A stretch of DNA of 63,810 nt, filler included, from Vicugna vicugna (Eukaryota): assembly GCA_013265495.1 (NCBI GenBank). It is 76 parts of 75 records of this genome, joined end to end, with 100 filler letters (N's around TTAATTAATTAA, not from the genome) between each part and the next. Parts side by side here need not be neighbours in the genome. Positions count along the whole stretch, not along the records: positions 63,101 to 63,810 come from PNXW01020642.1; 75 more parts are not named here. The stretch is one strand, 5' to 3'. Each line of letters starts with the position of its first letter. Positions within the stretch are counted from its first letter, which is position 1. Positions 63,101 through 63,810 of the stretch are shown piece after piece. Both the position numbers and the translations under genes were made by a program. The notes beneath the pieces were generated by a model. The model was not told the origin of the DNA and did not search any database. It worked only from the letters and a program-made list of their open reading frames with translations.

Positions 63101-63438
63101 TGCCAGAGCGTCTTCCAAAGTATCTGGGCCATTTTACATTCCCACCAACAATGTATGAAAATTCCTGTCGCTCACCATAGTCACCAGCATTCGGTGCTGT
63201 CAGTGTTCTGCGTTTTGGCAGTTCTGACAGGTGTGCAGTTGTACCACGCTGTTTCAGTCGGCATCCCCTTGATGACAGATGCTGTGGAGCATCTTTCCAC
63301 AGACTTCTTTGGCATCTAGATTTCTTCTTTGATGAGGTGTGTGTTCAGGCATTTTGCTCAGTTTTTAATCAAGTTATTCATCCTTCTTGTTGAGTTTAAA
63401 GAAATTTTGGTATATTCTGGATATCAGCCCTTTATCAG
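63101..63438 (-). mobile_element. Old LINE-1 ORF2-end fragment
   Basis: CCATTTTACATTCCCACCAACAATGTATGA; GAGCATCTTT; TATATTCTGGATATCAGCCCTTTATCAG. Confidence 0.85.
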
Positions 63439-63810
63439 TGTGTCCCTGCCCTTCACCTGCAGCACCGGAGTTGAGCAGCCCCGGAGTTGTCCTTTTGGTC
63501 TCAGTGGAGTGTCAACTCTTCAAAGAGGTTCCCTGTCTTCCCTCAGCCTAAATACAGTCCTTGTATTTTTCTCTTTCATTGACTCATTTTGTTCTATTTA
63601 AATAGCATTTCCCATAATTTGTAAGTACATTTAAAAAAAAAGGGCAATGATTGAACACCGCCTCCCCCACCAGGCTGTGTGCCCTGTGAGAGCAGAGGCC
63701 CTGTTCCCATTCACCGTTTCCCATGAGAGCACATGGCAAATTTCCATGTAAAAGTGTGTAACGTTGGGCCAAACCTGATGAGCAACTATGACGACATGTG
63801 TTGGCTACCA

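Overview
This window is not contiguous genomic DNA. It is an artificial concatenation of 76 short unplaced scaffolds (about 0.4-1.2 kb, many with internal N gaps) joined by 75 identical 100-bp linkers (44 N + TTAATTAATTAA + 44 N, a six-frame-stop spacer), i.e. a 'chrUn'-type pseudo-molecule. The DNA is mammalian (L1, MIR, MLT1 and ERV LTR remnants). The young L1 3' end and the satellites suggest a cetartiodactyl, probably a camelid (inference). About 36 of the 76 scaffolds are satellite DNA in five types: A (267-bp, CpG-rich, homogeneous); B (diverged ~263-267-bp monomers homologous to A, with signs of higher-order structure); C (249-bp); E (~741-bp unit made of three diverged ~247-bp subunits homologous to C); and D (AGAATAT-type heptamer). 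There are two recognisable intron-flanked gene fragments, both apparently decayed duplicates: the TRAPPC9 first coding exon and a frameshifted DIP2C exon. Other notable items are a G-rich 68-bp repeat resembling an IgH switch-gamma region, an ERVK-like solo LTR flanked by an atypical 15-bp direct repeat, and a truncated L1 with a clear target-site duplication. No intact gene, RNA gene or CRISPR array is present, and almost all listed ORFs are artefacts of N runs or repeats. I see no convincing new multi-gene system, and adjacency across linkers carries no biological meaning. The most novel signal is the shared ancestry and architecture of the satellite families.
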